Assembly (NCBI GenBank): GCA_965116925.1
Contig: OZ220744.1
Span: forward strand, 5,984,001 to 6,048,000
Reading direction: 5' to 3'
DNA: 64,000 nucleotides
Source: Candidatus Poribacteria bacterium
GTDB lineage: Bacteria > Poribacteria > WGA-4E > PCPOR2b
Position 1 is the stretch's first letter, and every line of letters starts with the position of its first letter. A program made the translations under genes and the position numbers. The notes beneath the pieces are model-generated. The model was not told the DNA's origin. It did not search any database and was given only the letters and a program-made list of their open reading frames with translations. Positions 46,874 through 57,115 of this stretch are shown here, piece by piece.

Positions 46874-49195
46874 ATGCTTTGGCCAAGCCGGATTGATTAT
46901 ACACAGGCAGTCGGTGGTTATCCTCATGTCAGCATGTTAGATTCAACACTTAAAGGCGGGAATCCCCGGAGAGGGTCTAACAACTATTTGATAGTTTACT
47001 CCGGCGGCTTTTCGACTGTGTTTCCGATTGAGGTATTATCGAATACCTATGCGCTGCGGTGTTGGATTGCAGATATTGGGGATGCCGAAACTCGGTATAA
47101 AGAGATATCAGACTATCTAAGGCAATGCCGTTTGCCCTACTTTGTTGATTTCGCTTATGTTTCCGAAGGCATTCTGGTGAATGGTATCAGATATCCCATC
47201 ACGCGCATGGAATGGGCAGAGGGGGAAACGCTTTGTGATTTTATTGAGCATAATTTGCAGGATGCTAGGTGCTTGAAAACCGCTGCGACGGAATTCCAAA
47301 AGATGGTTGCAGCCCTCCATACTCACCAAATTTCACATGGAGATCTTCAAGATGGAAATATCTTACTTAAGCGAAACGGCCCTGATATCGAAATCAAGTT
47401 GATAGACTACGATAGTTTGTTCGTTCCGGCGCTTCGTGGACAACCTGATAACATTGTCGGACTTCAAGAATATCAACATCCCCAAAGAATAGCAGGCGGT
47501 GGACAAGCGAGCGAGAAGGTAGACTATTTTTCGGAGTTGGTGATTTATCTTTCCTTACTGAGCCTCGTGGAAAGGCCTGATCTCTGGAGTCAGTTTGGAG
47601 ATCGAACCGAAAAAGGGTTGCTATTCACAGTCGAGGATTTCAAAAATCCAGACCAATCCGACGTTCTCCGAGAACTTGAAAATCTGTCGTCGGCTGTGAA
47701 GCAACTGGCTTCAAAATTAAAAGAATTTTGCAAGCGATCGGTTGACCAATTAGAACCTCTAGAATCGGTATTGCCAAAAACCTCGCCTGCTCAAGTTGCC
47801 TACAATCAAGGAATCGTCTATCTTAATAATAACCAATATAATGAAGCGGTTGTCGAGTTTGAAAAGGCGATAAGTCTTAACCCAAATTATAAAGAGGCGC
47901 ACTATGGGATCGGTCTTGCACACTTTAAGATGGGCAATTCTGGAGAGGCAAAAAGGGCGGTGGAAGAGGCTTTAAGGATTAACTCTCAGTATCAACATGC
48001 TATTCAACTTTTAGGCATTATAGAATCATCTACTTTTGGGACTCCAGTATCACCGTCTACGGGAACATCAGGACAAACTTCTAGAAGTCCAACTTCTCAG
48101 TCCTCTCCGTTGACTGGAGCATCGAGCCCGGGTGGCACCTCAAAACCTCAAAGTTTTACCTCAAATCTCTGGCAGTATACTACTGGTGTTGTAGCTTTTA
48201 TTCTACTGATTTGTATTGGGGCACTTGCAATACAGATTAGAGAAAAAAATGAATATCTCAGTAGCATTGAGATATTGGAAAATGAACAGACCGAGACAAA
48301 CTTGAGACTCATTGCTGCCTCAGACGAAAAAAGGCGGCTTTCCTTTGAAAATCGGCGATTACATAATCAACTGACTGAAAAGGATAAGGAAATTAAAAAT
48401 CAAAGTTCTACAGTCCAGCAACTACAAAGCGAAAAAGAAGAACTTCGCAGCCAAAACCAAGAACTGCGCAATGAGAACACAATGCTACAAAACCAATCGG
48501 AACGTGGTACTACGACTTCTACAGTTCGGGCACTTTCAAATGAAAAGGCGGAGCTTCTCCGTGAAAATCAGAGATTACAGACTCAACTAACTCAACAGGA
48601 GAAGGAAACTAAGGTTCAGATTGCTATAGTCCAGCAACTACAAAGCGAAAAAGAAGAACTTCTTAGCCAAAAACGAAAGTTGCAGAACGAGAATGTAAGG
48701 TTACGGGGGCAATCGGACAAACAGCATTCACCTCTTGATCCTCTCCTTATAGATGACAACAGAGATCACGAGCAGTTCCGTGCGGCCTCTCTCCAAAAGA
48801 TTTATCATAACAGTACTCCCCGAGTAAGATCGGCTGCGATTTCTAAAAATAATCAAGGATACACTGCCTTTGATAGGGGGCAGCACAGCAAAGCAATTGC
48901 TCTGTTCCAAGACGCCAAGGAGAGTGATTTGACAGCTTCAGTAGTCCGCTACAACCTTGGTTCCACTTACTTAGTGATGGAAGAGTATATCAAGGCCAGA
49001 AATTATCTTCAAGAGGCAGTAATTCTTAATCCCAATTTTAAAGAAGCGCACTATAACCTTGCTCTCACTCAGCTTAGGAGAGGTTACCCTCAAGAGACAA
49101 AGAAAGCAGCTCAAGCAGCCTTAAACATTGATAAAAATTATAGACCTGCTGGCCAACTTTTAGACTATATAAATAGGTTGATTGGGGCTGAATAG
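46874..49195 (+). CDS. Protein kinase-like domain followed by TPR, TM, coiled coil and TPR
   Basis: SGGF loop, MEWAEG, HGDLQDGN, LIDYD and YQHP; TPR units before the TM and at the C-terminus; repeated VQQLQSEKEEL segment. Confidence 0.85.
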   Translation: MLWPSRIDYTQAVGGYPHVSMLDSTLKGGNPRRGSNNYLIVYSGGFSTVFPIEVLSNTYALRCWIADIGDAETRYKEISDYLRQCRLPYFVDFAYVSEGILVNGIRYPITRMEWAEGETLCDFIEHNLQDARCLKTAATEFQKMVAALHTHQISHGDLQDGNILLKRNGPDIEIKLIDYDSLFVPALRGQPDNIVGLQEYQHPQRIAGGGQASEKVDYFSELVIYLSLLSLVERPDLWSQFGDRTEKGLLFTVEDFKNPDQSDVLRELENLSSAVKQLASKLKEFCKRSVDQLEPLESVLPKTSPAQVAYNQGIVYLNNNQYNEAVVEFEKAISLNPNYKEAHYGIGLAHFKMGNSGEAKRAVEEALRINSQYQHAIQLLGIIESSTFGTPVSPSTGTSGQTSRSPTSQSSPLTGASSPGGTSKPQSFTSNLWQYTTGVVAFILLICIGALAIQIREKNEYLSSIEILENEQTETNLRLIAASDEKRRLSFENRRLHNQLTEKDKEIKNQSSTVQQLQSEKEELRSQNQELRNENTMLQNQSERGTTTSTVRALSNEKAELLRENQRLQTQLTQQEKETKVQIAIVQQLQSEKEELLSQKRKLQNENVRLRGQSDKQHSPLDPLLIDDNRDHEQFRAASLQKIYHNSTPRVRSAAISKNNQGYTAFDRGQHSKAIALFQDAKESDLTASVVRYNLGSTYLVMEEYIKARNYLQEAVILNPNFKEAHYNLALTQLRRGYPQETKKAAQAALNIDKNYRPAGQLLDYINRLIGAE

Positions 49196-49275
49196 CTGAT
49201 TTAGAAAAGGGACTCATTACTTGTTTCTTGTTGAGTTGTGTATACAGTATCATATCTTAATTACGGAGGTATTAA

Positions 49276-50316
49276 ATGGCAGAAAAAACATGTCTAATGA
49301 TTGGCGGCAGCGGCATGGCAGGCGGCTGGATCCGAAACTTTGTCGATAACTTCAGCGATCGGATAAAAATTATTGGATTGGCAGATGTACTGCCGGACGT
49401 ATTACAGGAGCAAGGCGCAGCACTCGGTCTCAGCGAGGATCAGTTGTTCACGGACTTTAACGAGGCATGTGCGACGGTCAAGGCAGACTTCTGCGGCGTT
49501 GCGACACCCCCACCATTCCACAGTCCCGCAGCGATCGCTGCGATGGAGAACGGGATGCCGGTGATCTGCGAAAAGCCGATCGCGGACACGCTCGAAGCGG
49601 CGAAGGCGATGGTGACGACTGCCCAGAAAACCGGGATGCCGTGTGCGATTATCCAGAATTACCGTTATGCACGGAACAAGCAGGAGTTGGTTCGCATTCG
49701 GGAAGAGGGGCGGTTGGGACGGCTTCAGCATATCGTGGGACGATACGCCTGTGACTATCGCCGCTATCAATCGTGGGGTAAGGCGTGGCGGCACGATATG
49801 GATTTCAGTCTACTTTTTGAGGGCTCTGTCCACCACCTCGACATGCTACGCTTCCTCTCCGGCGGCGACTGTGAGACGCTAGTCGGGTTCGGTTGGAATC
49901 CGGAGTGGTCCAGTTTTAAGCACTTTTCGAGTGGGCTGTACCTGATGCAGATGGACAACGGAGTGCATACCTGTTACGAGGGGAATAGCTCTGCTGCGGG
50001 CATCGTCAACTGTTGGCATAATGAACATTATCGCGCGGAGTTTGAGGAGGGGTGTGTCGAAATTGAGGGCGAAGCTCAGGTTACGATTCATCGGGTCGGT
50101 CAGGATCCGGAGATATACGAAGCACCGGAGATACCCCGCTTCGGTCATGAGCATCTGTTCGACGAATTTATCAACTGGATTGATGGCGGAGTGCCTTCTG
50201 CGACGCGAATTGAGGATAACATCAAAAGTTTCGCGCTAGTGATTGCGGCGATGGAGACAAGCGTTGACGGACAATCGAAACAGATTGCAGATTATTTGAA
50301 CGGACTGAATCTTTAG
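49276..50316 (+). CDS. Gfo/Idh/MocA family oxidoreductase
   Basis: ICEKP, QNYR and VHHLD motifs. Confidence 0.9.
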   Translation: MAEKTCLMIGGSGMAGGWIRNFVDNFSDRIKIIGLADVLPDVLQEQGAALGLSEDQLFTDFNEACATVKADFCGVATPPPFHSPAAIAAMENGMPVICEKPIADTLEAAKAMVTTAQKTGMPCAIIQNYRYARNKQELVRIREEGRLGRLQHIVGRYACDYRRYQSWGKAWRHDMDFSLLFEGSVHHLDMLRFLSGGDCETLVGFGWNPEWSSFKHFSSGLYLMQMDNGVHTCYEGNSSAAGIVNCWHNEHYRAEFEEGCVEIEGEAQVTIHRVGQDPEIYEAPEIPRFGHEHLFDEFINWIDGGVPSATRIEDNIKSFALVIAAMETSVDGQSKQIADYLNGLNL

Positions 50317-50526
50317 TCCTTGAGGTATCGGGATCTACCTTCCCTACATTTACCTAATGAATCTCAAACAGTCTTCAAATCAGTCAGGTGTTGAGGCATA
50401 TCCTGTAAATCCTTAAATCCTGAAAATCCTGATTCAGACAATAATCCGCGCAATCTGCGTAATCCGTTTAATCCGCGATTCAGACAATAATTATGAGCAC
50501 CTCTAAAATGGCTAAGGAGAACGAAA

Positions 50527-51729
50527 ATGGCAAATTTAGCAATCAACGGCGGCACACCGGTTCGGACGGAACCGTATCCGTCGTGGCCCAACTTTGATGA
50601 TAATGATCTCAAAACCTTTGAGGAGATCTATCGGAGCGGGGTATGGGGCACCAATGGGTCAAAGGTTCCTGAGTTTGAGGAGCGTTTCGCTCAATTTCAA
50701 GGCACGAAGTATGGTGTCTGCGTGAATAGCGGCACGGCGGCGCTATACGTCGCGCTCAAGGCTGCGGGCGTCGGGCTTGGGGACGAGGTTATCACAACGC
50801 CGTACACCTTCCAAGCGACGGTGGTATCGATTCTGATGGCGAATGGAACGCCGGTGTTTGTGGATACGCTTCCCGACGGTTTTAACATTGACCCATCAAA
50901 AATCGAAGCAGCGATCACACCTAAGACAAAGGTTGTCCTGCCGGTTCATATTGCAGGCTATCCTGCCGATATGGATGGGATTTTAGAAGTTACCGAGCGG
51001 AACAACCTCGTCGTGGTTGAGGATTGTGCCCAAGCACACGGCGCGGAGTGGCGGAACAGAGGGGTCGGCGGTTGGGGGCATCTCGGTTGCTTTAGCTTTC
51101 AATCTTCCAAGAATTTATGTGCGGGCGAAGGGGGTATAGTTCTCACCAACGATCGGAAACTGTATGAACGGGCATGGTCAATTCATAACTGTGGTCGCTC
51201 TCCATCTGAATCTGAATTTGAGACGGAAACGTTCGGCGGAAACTTCCGGCTGACGGAGTGGCAGGGCGGATTGCTGCTATCACGTCTTGGACGCTTGGAT
51301 GGCGAGGTCAACCTTCGCAATGCGAATATGCAATTTTTAGATGCCGGGTTGGGAGAAATCCCCGGCATCAAGGTGGTGCCGCTCGATTCACGCGCAACCC
51401 GCGGCGGCTGTCACGGCTATAAAGCGATTTTCGACCCAGAGGAGTTTGAGGGCATCTCTCGCGAAACGTTCATCAAGGCGATGGGCGCGGAGGGGGTTCC
51501 AATGCGACATTGGTACACGACACCGATGTATCGAGAACCGTTTATGGAATCGGATCTCCTGAGTACGAAGCCAGACTATTCAAACGTCTCCTGTCCAGAG
51601 ACGGAAAAGTTATGCAAAAACGGTCTGGCACTCAGCCAGAGTATTCTGATGGGGACTGAGGAAGATATGGCGGACATCGTCACGGCGGCAACAAAGATCC
51701 GTCGGTATGTAGGCGAATTGAAGTCGTGA
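50527..51729 (+). CDS. DegT/DnrJ/EryC1/StrS aminotransferase
   Basis: NSGTAAL, EDCAQAHG and SFQSSKNLCAGEGG motifs. Confidence 0.93.
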   Translation: MANLAINGGTPVRTEPYPSWPNFDDNDLKTFEEIYRSGVWGTNGSKVPEFEERFAQFQGTKYGVCVNSGTAALYVALKAAGVGLGDEVITTPYTFQATVVSILMANGTPVFVDTLPDGFNIDPSKIEAAITPKTKVVLPVHIAGYPADMDGILEVTERNNLVVVEDCAQAHGAEWRNRGVGGWGHLGCFSFQSSKNLCAGEGGIVLTNDRKLYERAWSIHNCGRSPSESEFETETFGGNFRLTEWQGGLLLSRLGRLDGEVNLRNANMQFLDAGLGEIPGIKVVPLDSRATRGGCHGYKAIFDPEEFEGISRETFIKAMGAEGVPMRHWYTTPMYREPFMESDLLSTKPDYSNVSCPETEKLCKNGLALSQSILMGTEEDMADIVTAATKIRRYVGELKS

Positions 51730-51761
51730 ATCCATACGATTAACGGATATCGAGATAGGCA

Positions 51762-52307
51762 ATGCACCAAGAACTCACCTACAAACTCGCTCAATGTTGC
51801 TCACCGGAGGCGGACGAGGGCATCGTCGGGTACTTTAAGGAAGATGGCACGGTTGCTGTCCACCGGTCGGATTGCGCTTCTGTCCAGCGATTGCGCCTTG
51901 AACGGCTCCTTGAAGTGACATGGGATGAAATCCACGCAGCAGAAACGCCATCCGATATAGAAACGGAAGATCCGACATTTGATAAACTTGATGAGATGGA
52001 TTATCTTATCCTGAAGCATCATCAGGAATATGGGTTAGACTATTCGATTGTTGTCTCGGAGATGCTCGGTATACCCCTTGAGGAGATTCAGAAGCACCAT
52101 CGGAAATTACGAGAATTGGGTGGCTTGAAACGTGTGGAGAAGCGGATGATTCAGTACCGCAAGAACATTGTGAAAGGGAAGTGGATCAAACACCGCAATC
52201 ATACCTACTACGAATTGACACCCAAAGGGGATCGGTGGATACGCACGTTTGAGGCGAAAACAGAGGCAGTTTCATCGCAAAATAAGAGCGTGAAACGTGA
52301 TGCGTAA
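51762..52307 (+). CDS. Fusion of a RelA/SpoT Cys-Cys (zinc-finger) domain and a DUF2250-like winged helix
   Basis: LAQCCSP...IVGY...VHRSDC...ERLLEVTW followed by KHRNHTYYELTPKG. Confidence 0.7.
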   Translation: MHQELTYKLAQCCSPEADEGIVGYFKEDGTVAVHRSDCASVQRLRLERLLEVTWDEIHAAETPSDIETEDPTFDKLDEMDYLILKHHQEYGLDYSIVVSEMLGIPLEEIQKHHRKLRELGGLKRVEKRMIQYRKNIVKGKWIKHRNHTYYELTPKGDRWIRTFEAKTEAVSSQNKSVKRDA

Positions 52308-52486
52308 AACGTGAAAACTATTTGGTTCATTAGTTCATTGATGAAGTTGGGTTGGGAAATCCAACCTACAGAGACGAAAAAAGACAGGGCAGAATGTAAA
52401 GAGAAACCGAGTTTTTTCTTGAAAACTCGGTTTCTGTTGCACGATTTCTTAACATAAGCCAAAGGGAATAGTCTCAGGAGAATGGA

Positions 52487-53857
52487 TTGCAACAAAACGG
52501 AGAAAGTCAGAGTGTAAAGGGAGGGGTAGCGGGCCCCGGTGGCTACCGAGAGGTCTGGTTGTTAGCATATCCGATCGTTATCACGATGCTATCACGCACG
52601 GCGATGATGTTTGTGGATTCGGCGATGGTCGGGCGTCTGGGCGCAACAGAATTAGCAGCTGTCGGACTGGCAGGGATACTGACATGGACGTTATTCTCCT
52701 TTTTTCAAGGATTTCTGGGTAGCGTCAACACCTTCGTCGCACAACGCTATGGGGCAGGAGATCGACGGGGAATCACCGTTGCAGCGTGGCAAGGGCTTTA
52801 TCTCGCACTCGGATCGTATCTCATCATACTGGTGATTAGCCTGTTTACAGTACCGGCGTTTGCCCTGATGAAGCCGTCTCTAGAGGTGCAGCGTCTGGGA
52901 GGTATCTACGCGCAAATTCGGTTATACGGCGGCATCACCGTCTTTATCTCTTTTGGGATGGCGAGTTTTCTGCGGGGCATCGGCGATACGAAAACACCGA
53001 TGCGGATTGAGATTGTCGCAAATCTGGTCAACCTCCTCCTCGACTATCTGCTAATCTTTGGAAAATTTGGGTGTCCCCGGCTTGAGGTCGTTGGTGCTGC
53101 GATTGCCACGTTGATCGCGGGTGTGGTCGCAGTAATCTGCTATTTCGCTGTTTTCCTCTCACGGAAATCGAATCAAGCGTTCCAAACCCGATCTCATTTC
53201 CGAATTGACTTGCGTGAACTCCGTCGTATTCTTCGGATAGGCTTACCGATGGGCGTTCACAATCTGATGGATATGGGAAGCTTTACGGTGTTTGTTGCCC
53301 TTGTTGGTCGAATGGGCGACATCGCGCTTGCAGCGAATAACGCCGGAGTCACTCTGATTTCGACATCGTTTATGCCGCTGTATGGAATTTCTATGGCAGC
53401 AACAACGCTGGTTGGGCATTACATCGGAGCCGGTCAGCTCCATTATGCCCGCCGGAGTGGCTACACGGCGATAAAGTTGGGAGTTGTGTACACCTTTTTC
53501 GTTGCCATTGCGTTTTTTTTAGTACCGGAGTTTCTTATCTCGCTAGTTACACCGGATGCGGAAGTTATTCGTCTCGGAACACGGGTCCTGTTTTTTGCAG
53601 CGCTTTTTCAACTCTCCGACGGGTTTGGCATCTGTGCGTCGGGTGCACTCAAGGGGGCCGGCGATACCTTTTTCACGATGTGTGTTAGCATCGGCTATGC
53701 GTGGCTGCTCTTTCTTCCGCTCGCATATAGTTTAGCATTTTTGTTGGGGTATGGAGTGCCTGGTGCGTGGTGCGGTGCAACAATCTATATCATTTTGGCG
53801 GGTATAACCTATTTTCTCCGTTTTCGCAGCAGCCGGTGGGAGCGTATTCGGATCTAA
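52487..53857 (+). CDS. MATE family efflux transporter
   Basis: DSAMVGRLG, RGIGDTKTPM and KGAGDT motifs; about 12 TM segments. Confidence 0.93.
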   Translation: MQQNGESQSVKGGVAGPGGYREVWLLAYPIVITMLSRTAMMFVDSAMVGRLGATELAAVGLAGILTWTLFSFFQGFLGSVNTFVAQRYGAGDRRGITVAAWQGLYLALGSYLIILVISLFTVPAFALMKPSLEVQRLGGIYAQIRLYGGITVFISFGMASFLRGIGDTKTPMRIEIVANLVNLLLDYLLIFGKFGCPRLEVVGAAIATLIAGVVAVICYFAVFLSRKSNQAFQTRSHFRIDLRELRRILRIGLPMGVHNLMDMGSFTVFVALVGRMGDIALAANNAGVTLISTSFMPLYGISMAATTLVGHYIGAGQLHYARRSGYTAIKLGVVYTFFVAIAFFLVPEFLISLVTPDAEVIRLGTRVLFFAALFQLSDGFGICASGALKGAGDTFFTMCVSIGYAWLLFLPLAYSLAFLLGYGVPGAWCGATIYIILAGITYFLRFRSSRWERIRI

Positions 53858-54118
53858 GGATTGATCTAAGTGATATGTCTCGACAATGTTACCGCTTTTG
53901 AGTGTATCAATAGGGAAATTACATCTGTTTATTTGGGAGATTGTCAGTCGCTTTCTCCTTGCTGATTCACTTGTTCATGAGTTGATGGGTTCATTTTTTA
54001 CGTTTCACGCATCACGTTTCACGCCAAGGCAGTGCACCAAAGGACTCACAGCAACACAGGGGGTTCAATCGCTTTCACATGCGATTGCTCTCAGTGTATC
54101 AATGGGAGGGACGGACAA

Positions 54119-55321
54119 ATGCTTGGACGACATACGGAATTCAACAAAATTCGACGACGGTCAGCGATACTGGTCGCTCTGATTTTGCACCTAATTATCG
54201 GAATTGTTTACGTCTTAACTCCTCGTAACGAAGTGGTCAGAAATAAGGATCCTATCTGGGTAGAGTGGGTAAAAGAGCCGCCGAGACCTGAAGTGAAAAC
54301 AATCAAAACCAAGCCGCCGCTGAAGATGCAAGCTCGTAAGCCTGACGAGAATCTGGCTCTCAGATCGAAAGAAAAACTCCTTGAATCCTCACGCAACAAA
54401 TTGACAGAGGTTGCCCGCCGCAGCCAACGGATGGTACGCGAGAATCTCGATGTGACGACAGCACCGCTCACTGAGAAGCTGCCAGATACAATGACAGATG
54501 TGGACTTGAAGGAATCTGAAAGGTCAGATATTTCACGACCGGTTTCGCTTCGGACGGACGGCCAGGGCGAGGTGACGGGACGGGTGCGGGTGCGTGGACA
54601 ACGCAGCGGTCTTGATATGGTTGATTCGTTGGGCAGTTCAAAGGATGGGTTGATTGGGGGAGGTGGATCGCCGGGCAGGTTGAAAAAGTTGGGAAAACTA
54701 CCGAAAGACAAATTGGGTATCATTGACTTCATTGAGGAAGCGGAGGGACCCCAACAGGTTGTCTTCTGTCTTGATGTTTCCGCAAGTATGCAGGCGGCTG
54801 GACTCAGAAAACTGGAATTGGCAATCGAGGCGATCAAAGAAGCGTTGTCTTCGCTTGATGAAGATGACTCGTTCAATATCATTACCTTTGCGGCGAGTGC
54901 CAAAATGGGGAAGGGTAAGCTAGCACCGGTAACAGAGAAGAATATCGAAACGGTATCAAAATATCTGGATCGGTTCACGCCCGAACGAATCGCAAATAGT
55001 CAAGGAACGAATCTCCTCGAAGCCATTGAAAAAGCGCTTGAGGTAGATCCATCAATTATTGTGTTGGTCACCGACGGTTTACCCACAACAGGTAATAATG
55101 AAAATATTGAAGTAGATTCGGCAACAATTCTGGAAGCCGTCAAAGCGAAAAATGTTAATAATGCAAGCATCTATATCGTTGCGCTTGAGATAGATCTGAA
55201 GCATTCGCCCGGTGCGGGTCTCCTTATCGATCTGGTTGAACAAAACAGTGGAGAGATAAAAGTCGTCGATTATAAGCAGCTCGTGCAGCTTGCAACGGAG
55301 GACTTGGAAGCGCAGAATTGA
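54119..55321 (+). CDS. Membrane-anchored VWA-domain protein
   Basis: TM (ALILH), MIDAS DVSASM, VTDG; start moved to ATG 54119 after GGGAGGG. Confidence 0.8.
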   Translation: MLGRHTEFNKIRRRSAILVALILHLIIGIVYVLTPRNEVVRNKDPIWVEWVKEPPRPEVKTIKTKPPLKMQARKPDENLALRSKEKLLESSRNKLTEVARRSQRMVRENLDVTTAPLTEKLPDTMTDVDLKESERSDISRPVSLRTDGQGEVTGRVRVRGQRSGLDMVDSLGSSKDGLIGGGGSPGRLKKLGKLPKDKLGIIDFIEEAEGPQQVVFCLDVSASMQAAGLRKLELAIEAIKEALSSLDEDDSFNIITFAASAKMGKGKLAPVTEKNIETVSKYLDRFTPERIANSQGTNLLEAIEKALEVDPSIIVLVTDGLPTTGNNENIEVDSATILEAVKAKNVNNASIYIVALEIDLKHSPGAGLLIDLVEQNSGEIKVVDYKQLVQLATEDLEAQN

Positions 55322-55476
55322 TGACGGTCTGGGAAAAGTAGTAGGCATACTCCGTATGCCGTAACCCTTGTACAAATAAGGGCCCGTTTCTTAATCCCGA
55401 TTTATCGGGGTTGTCTAGGTTCTGTTGACATTTCATCGCAATCAGATAATCAAGAGGGCACACAAACACATAACCC

Positions 55477-55593
55477 TTCGTAGGGGTTGGGTTTCCCAAC
55501 CCTATGTTCACACATTTCGTAGGGGTTGGGTCTCCCAACCCTTTGTTCACACATTTCGTAGGGGTTGGGTCTCCCAACCCTCTGTTCACACAT
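55477..55593. repeat. Three 39-bp tandem REP-like repeats
   Basis: TTCGTAGGGGTTGGGT(T/C)TCCCAACCCT(A/T/C)TGTTCACACAT at 55477, 55516 and 55555. Confidence 0.92.
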
Positions 55594-55886
55594 TTAGAGA
55601 TAGCTTCGGATTTCTGTAGGTTGATTTTCCAAAATCGACACCCCTAGCACATCGTGCGCTAGTTTTGGCTCAATCACCCCGGCTTGTCGCACGTCGCTGG
55701 ATATTCTGTCGAGAAATGAATCTCGACCTACAATCTATTCTTGTACCCCGATCTGTTAGATTGTGATACGAGCTTGCAAACTAACAGTTCGCGCTACATT
55801 TGGCAGATTGCCTGGTGATTACAGCGTCTGCTGAATGAGCAGTTTCAAAATGTCAACACGCCCTAGCGACTTGAGTTAAAATGTGG

Positions 55887-55915
55887 TTGACAGTCCATTC
55901 GGGCGTCCATATAAT
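55887..55915 (+). promoter_or_regulatory. Consensus sigma70 promoter
   Basis: TTGACA-17 nt-TATAAT, exact consensus. Confidence 0.75.
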
Positions 55916-55978
55916 TTCAATCAATTTAGGTTGGGTAGCGGCCAACGAACGTTATCCTGTACACAGACAATTTTCGTG

Positions 55979-56070
55979 GGCTTATATAAAAAGAAAGTGC
56001 AAAGCGCGAAGAGAAACCGAGTTTTTTCGGCAAAACTTGGTTTCTGCTGCACGATTTCTTTACATGAGCC
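55979..56070. mobile_element. Intact 92-bp MITE with 8-bp target duplication
   Basis: Ends GGCTTATATAAA / TTTACATGAGCC; TTTTCGTG at 55971-55978 and 56071-56078. Confidence 0.85.
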
Positions 56071-56099
56071 TTTTCGTGAATTCTACATGAGGTGTTTTT

Positions 56100-57089
56100 A
56101 TGAATAAAAGCAGTTGGATTCTTTTTAGTTTATTGGTGTTGTCCTTTGGATTTACTATCGGCACAGCCGACGCAGCGAAATTCAAGGTTGCCTTATTGAC
56201 CCCTGGTTCAATTAGCGATGCCGGATGGAATGCGTTAGCTTATGAAGGACTCAAGCGTATTGAAAAGGAGCTGGGAGCCGAGGTCAGCCATGTCGAAAGC
56301 AAAGCCCCATCGCAGTGGGAGGAACATTTCCGATTCTATGCAAGCAAGGGATTCGGTCTGGTTTTCGGGCACGGATTTGAGTATCAAGAGGCAGCAAAAT
56401 CTGTCGCGCCCGATTTTCCGGATACGGTGTTTATCACAACCTCCGGAAATACTGTTTTGGATAATGTGGCGTCAATTGTGTTTGAGCTTGAGGAGGTAAC
56501 ATATCTGCTGGGGGTCATTGCCGGCACGATGACCCAAACGGGCAAGATAGGGCTTATCGGTGGTATGAATATCCCACCGATTAACAGCACCTTTCACGCC
56601 CTCGAAGAAGGGGCGAAATCTGTCAATCCAGATATCAAAATATCGACTTCTTACGTCGGAGATTGGGAGAACATCGGGAAAGCGAAAGAGTTGGCGTTAT
56701 CGCAAATTACAGAGGGAGTTGATTTCATCTTCCACAATGCGGATGCTGCCGGTCGTGGGGTTTTTCATGCTGTCGAAGAGAGCCGCAAAGCGGGGAAGGA
56801 CGTTTACGCTTTCGGTTCAAATCTGGATCAGAACGATATTGCTCCCGATGCAATACTTGCGAGTGCTGTCATTGATACCAAAGCCTTTGTATACGCCGCC
56901 GACTTGGTTCAGACGGGCAAATTTGAACCACGAGTGATGTGGATGGGGATGTCGCTGAATGAGACTGTGAAGTTGGTTTATAACCCCAAACTGAAGGATC
57001 GGGTTCCTGAAGATCTCCGCGCCAAAGTTGAGAAAATTCGTCAGGATATTCTCGCCGGTAAGTTTAAGGCACCTCGCGTAAAATTTTAG
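56100..57089 (+). CDS. BMP family ABC transporter substrate-binding protein
   Basis: Signal peptide; ISDAGWN, GHGFEY and SNLDQ motifs. Confidence 0.88.
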   Translation: MNKSSWILFSLLVLSFGFTIGTADAAKFKVALLTPGSISDAGWNALAYEGLKRIEKELGAEVSHVESKAPSQWEEHFRFYASKGFGLVFGHGFEYQEAAKSVAPDFPDTVFITTSGNTVLDNVASIVFELEEVTYLLGVIAGTMTQTGKIGLIGGMNIPPINSTFHALEEGAKSVNPDIKISTSYVGDWENIGKAKELALSQITEGVDFIFHNADAAGRGVFHAVEESRKAGKDVYAFGSNLDQNDIAPDAILASAVIDTKAFVYAADLVQTGKFEPRVMWMGMSLNETVKLVYNPKLKDRVPEDLRAKVEKIRQDILAGKFKAPRVKF

Positions 57090-57115
57090 AAGCTGATTCT
57101 GCAATGAGCTGAACT

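Noticed and set aside
55477..55593. Possible CRISPR array
   Set aside because: The 39-bp units are near-identical end to end, with no unique spacers and no cas genes; it is a tandem REP-like repeat.
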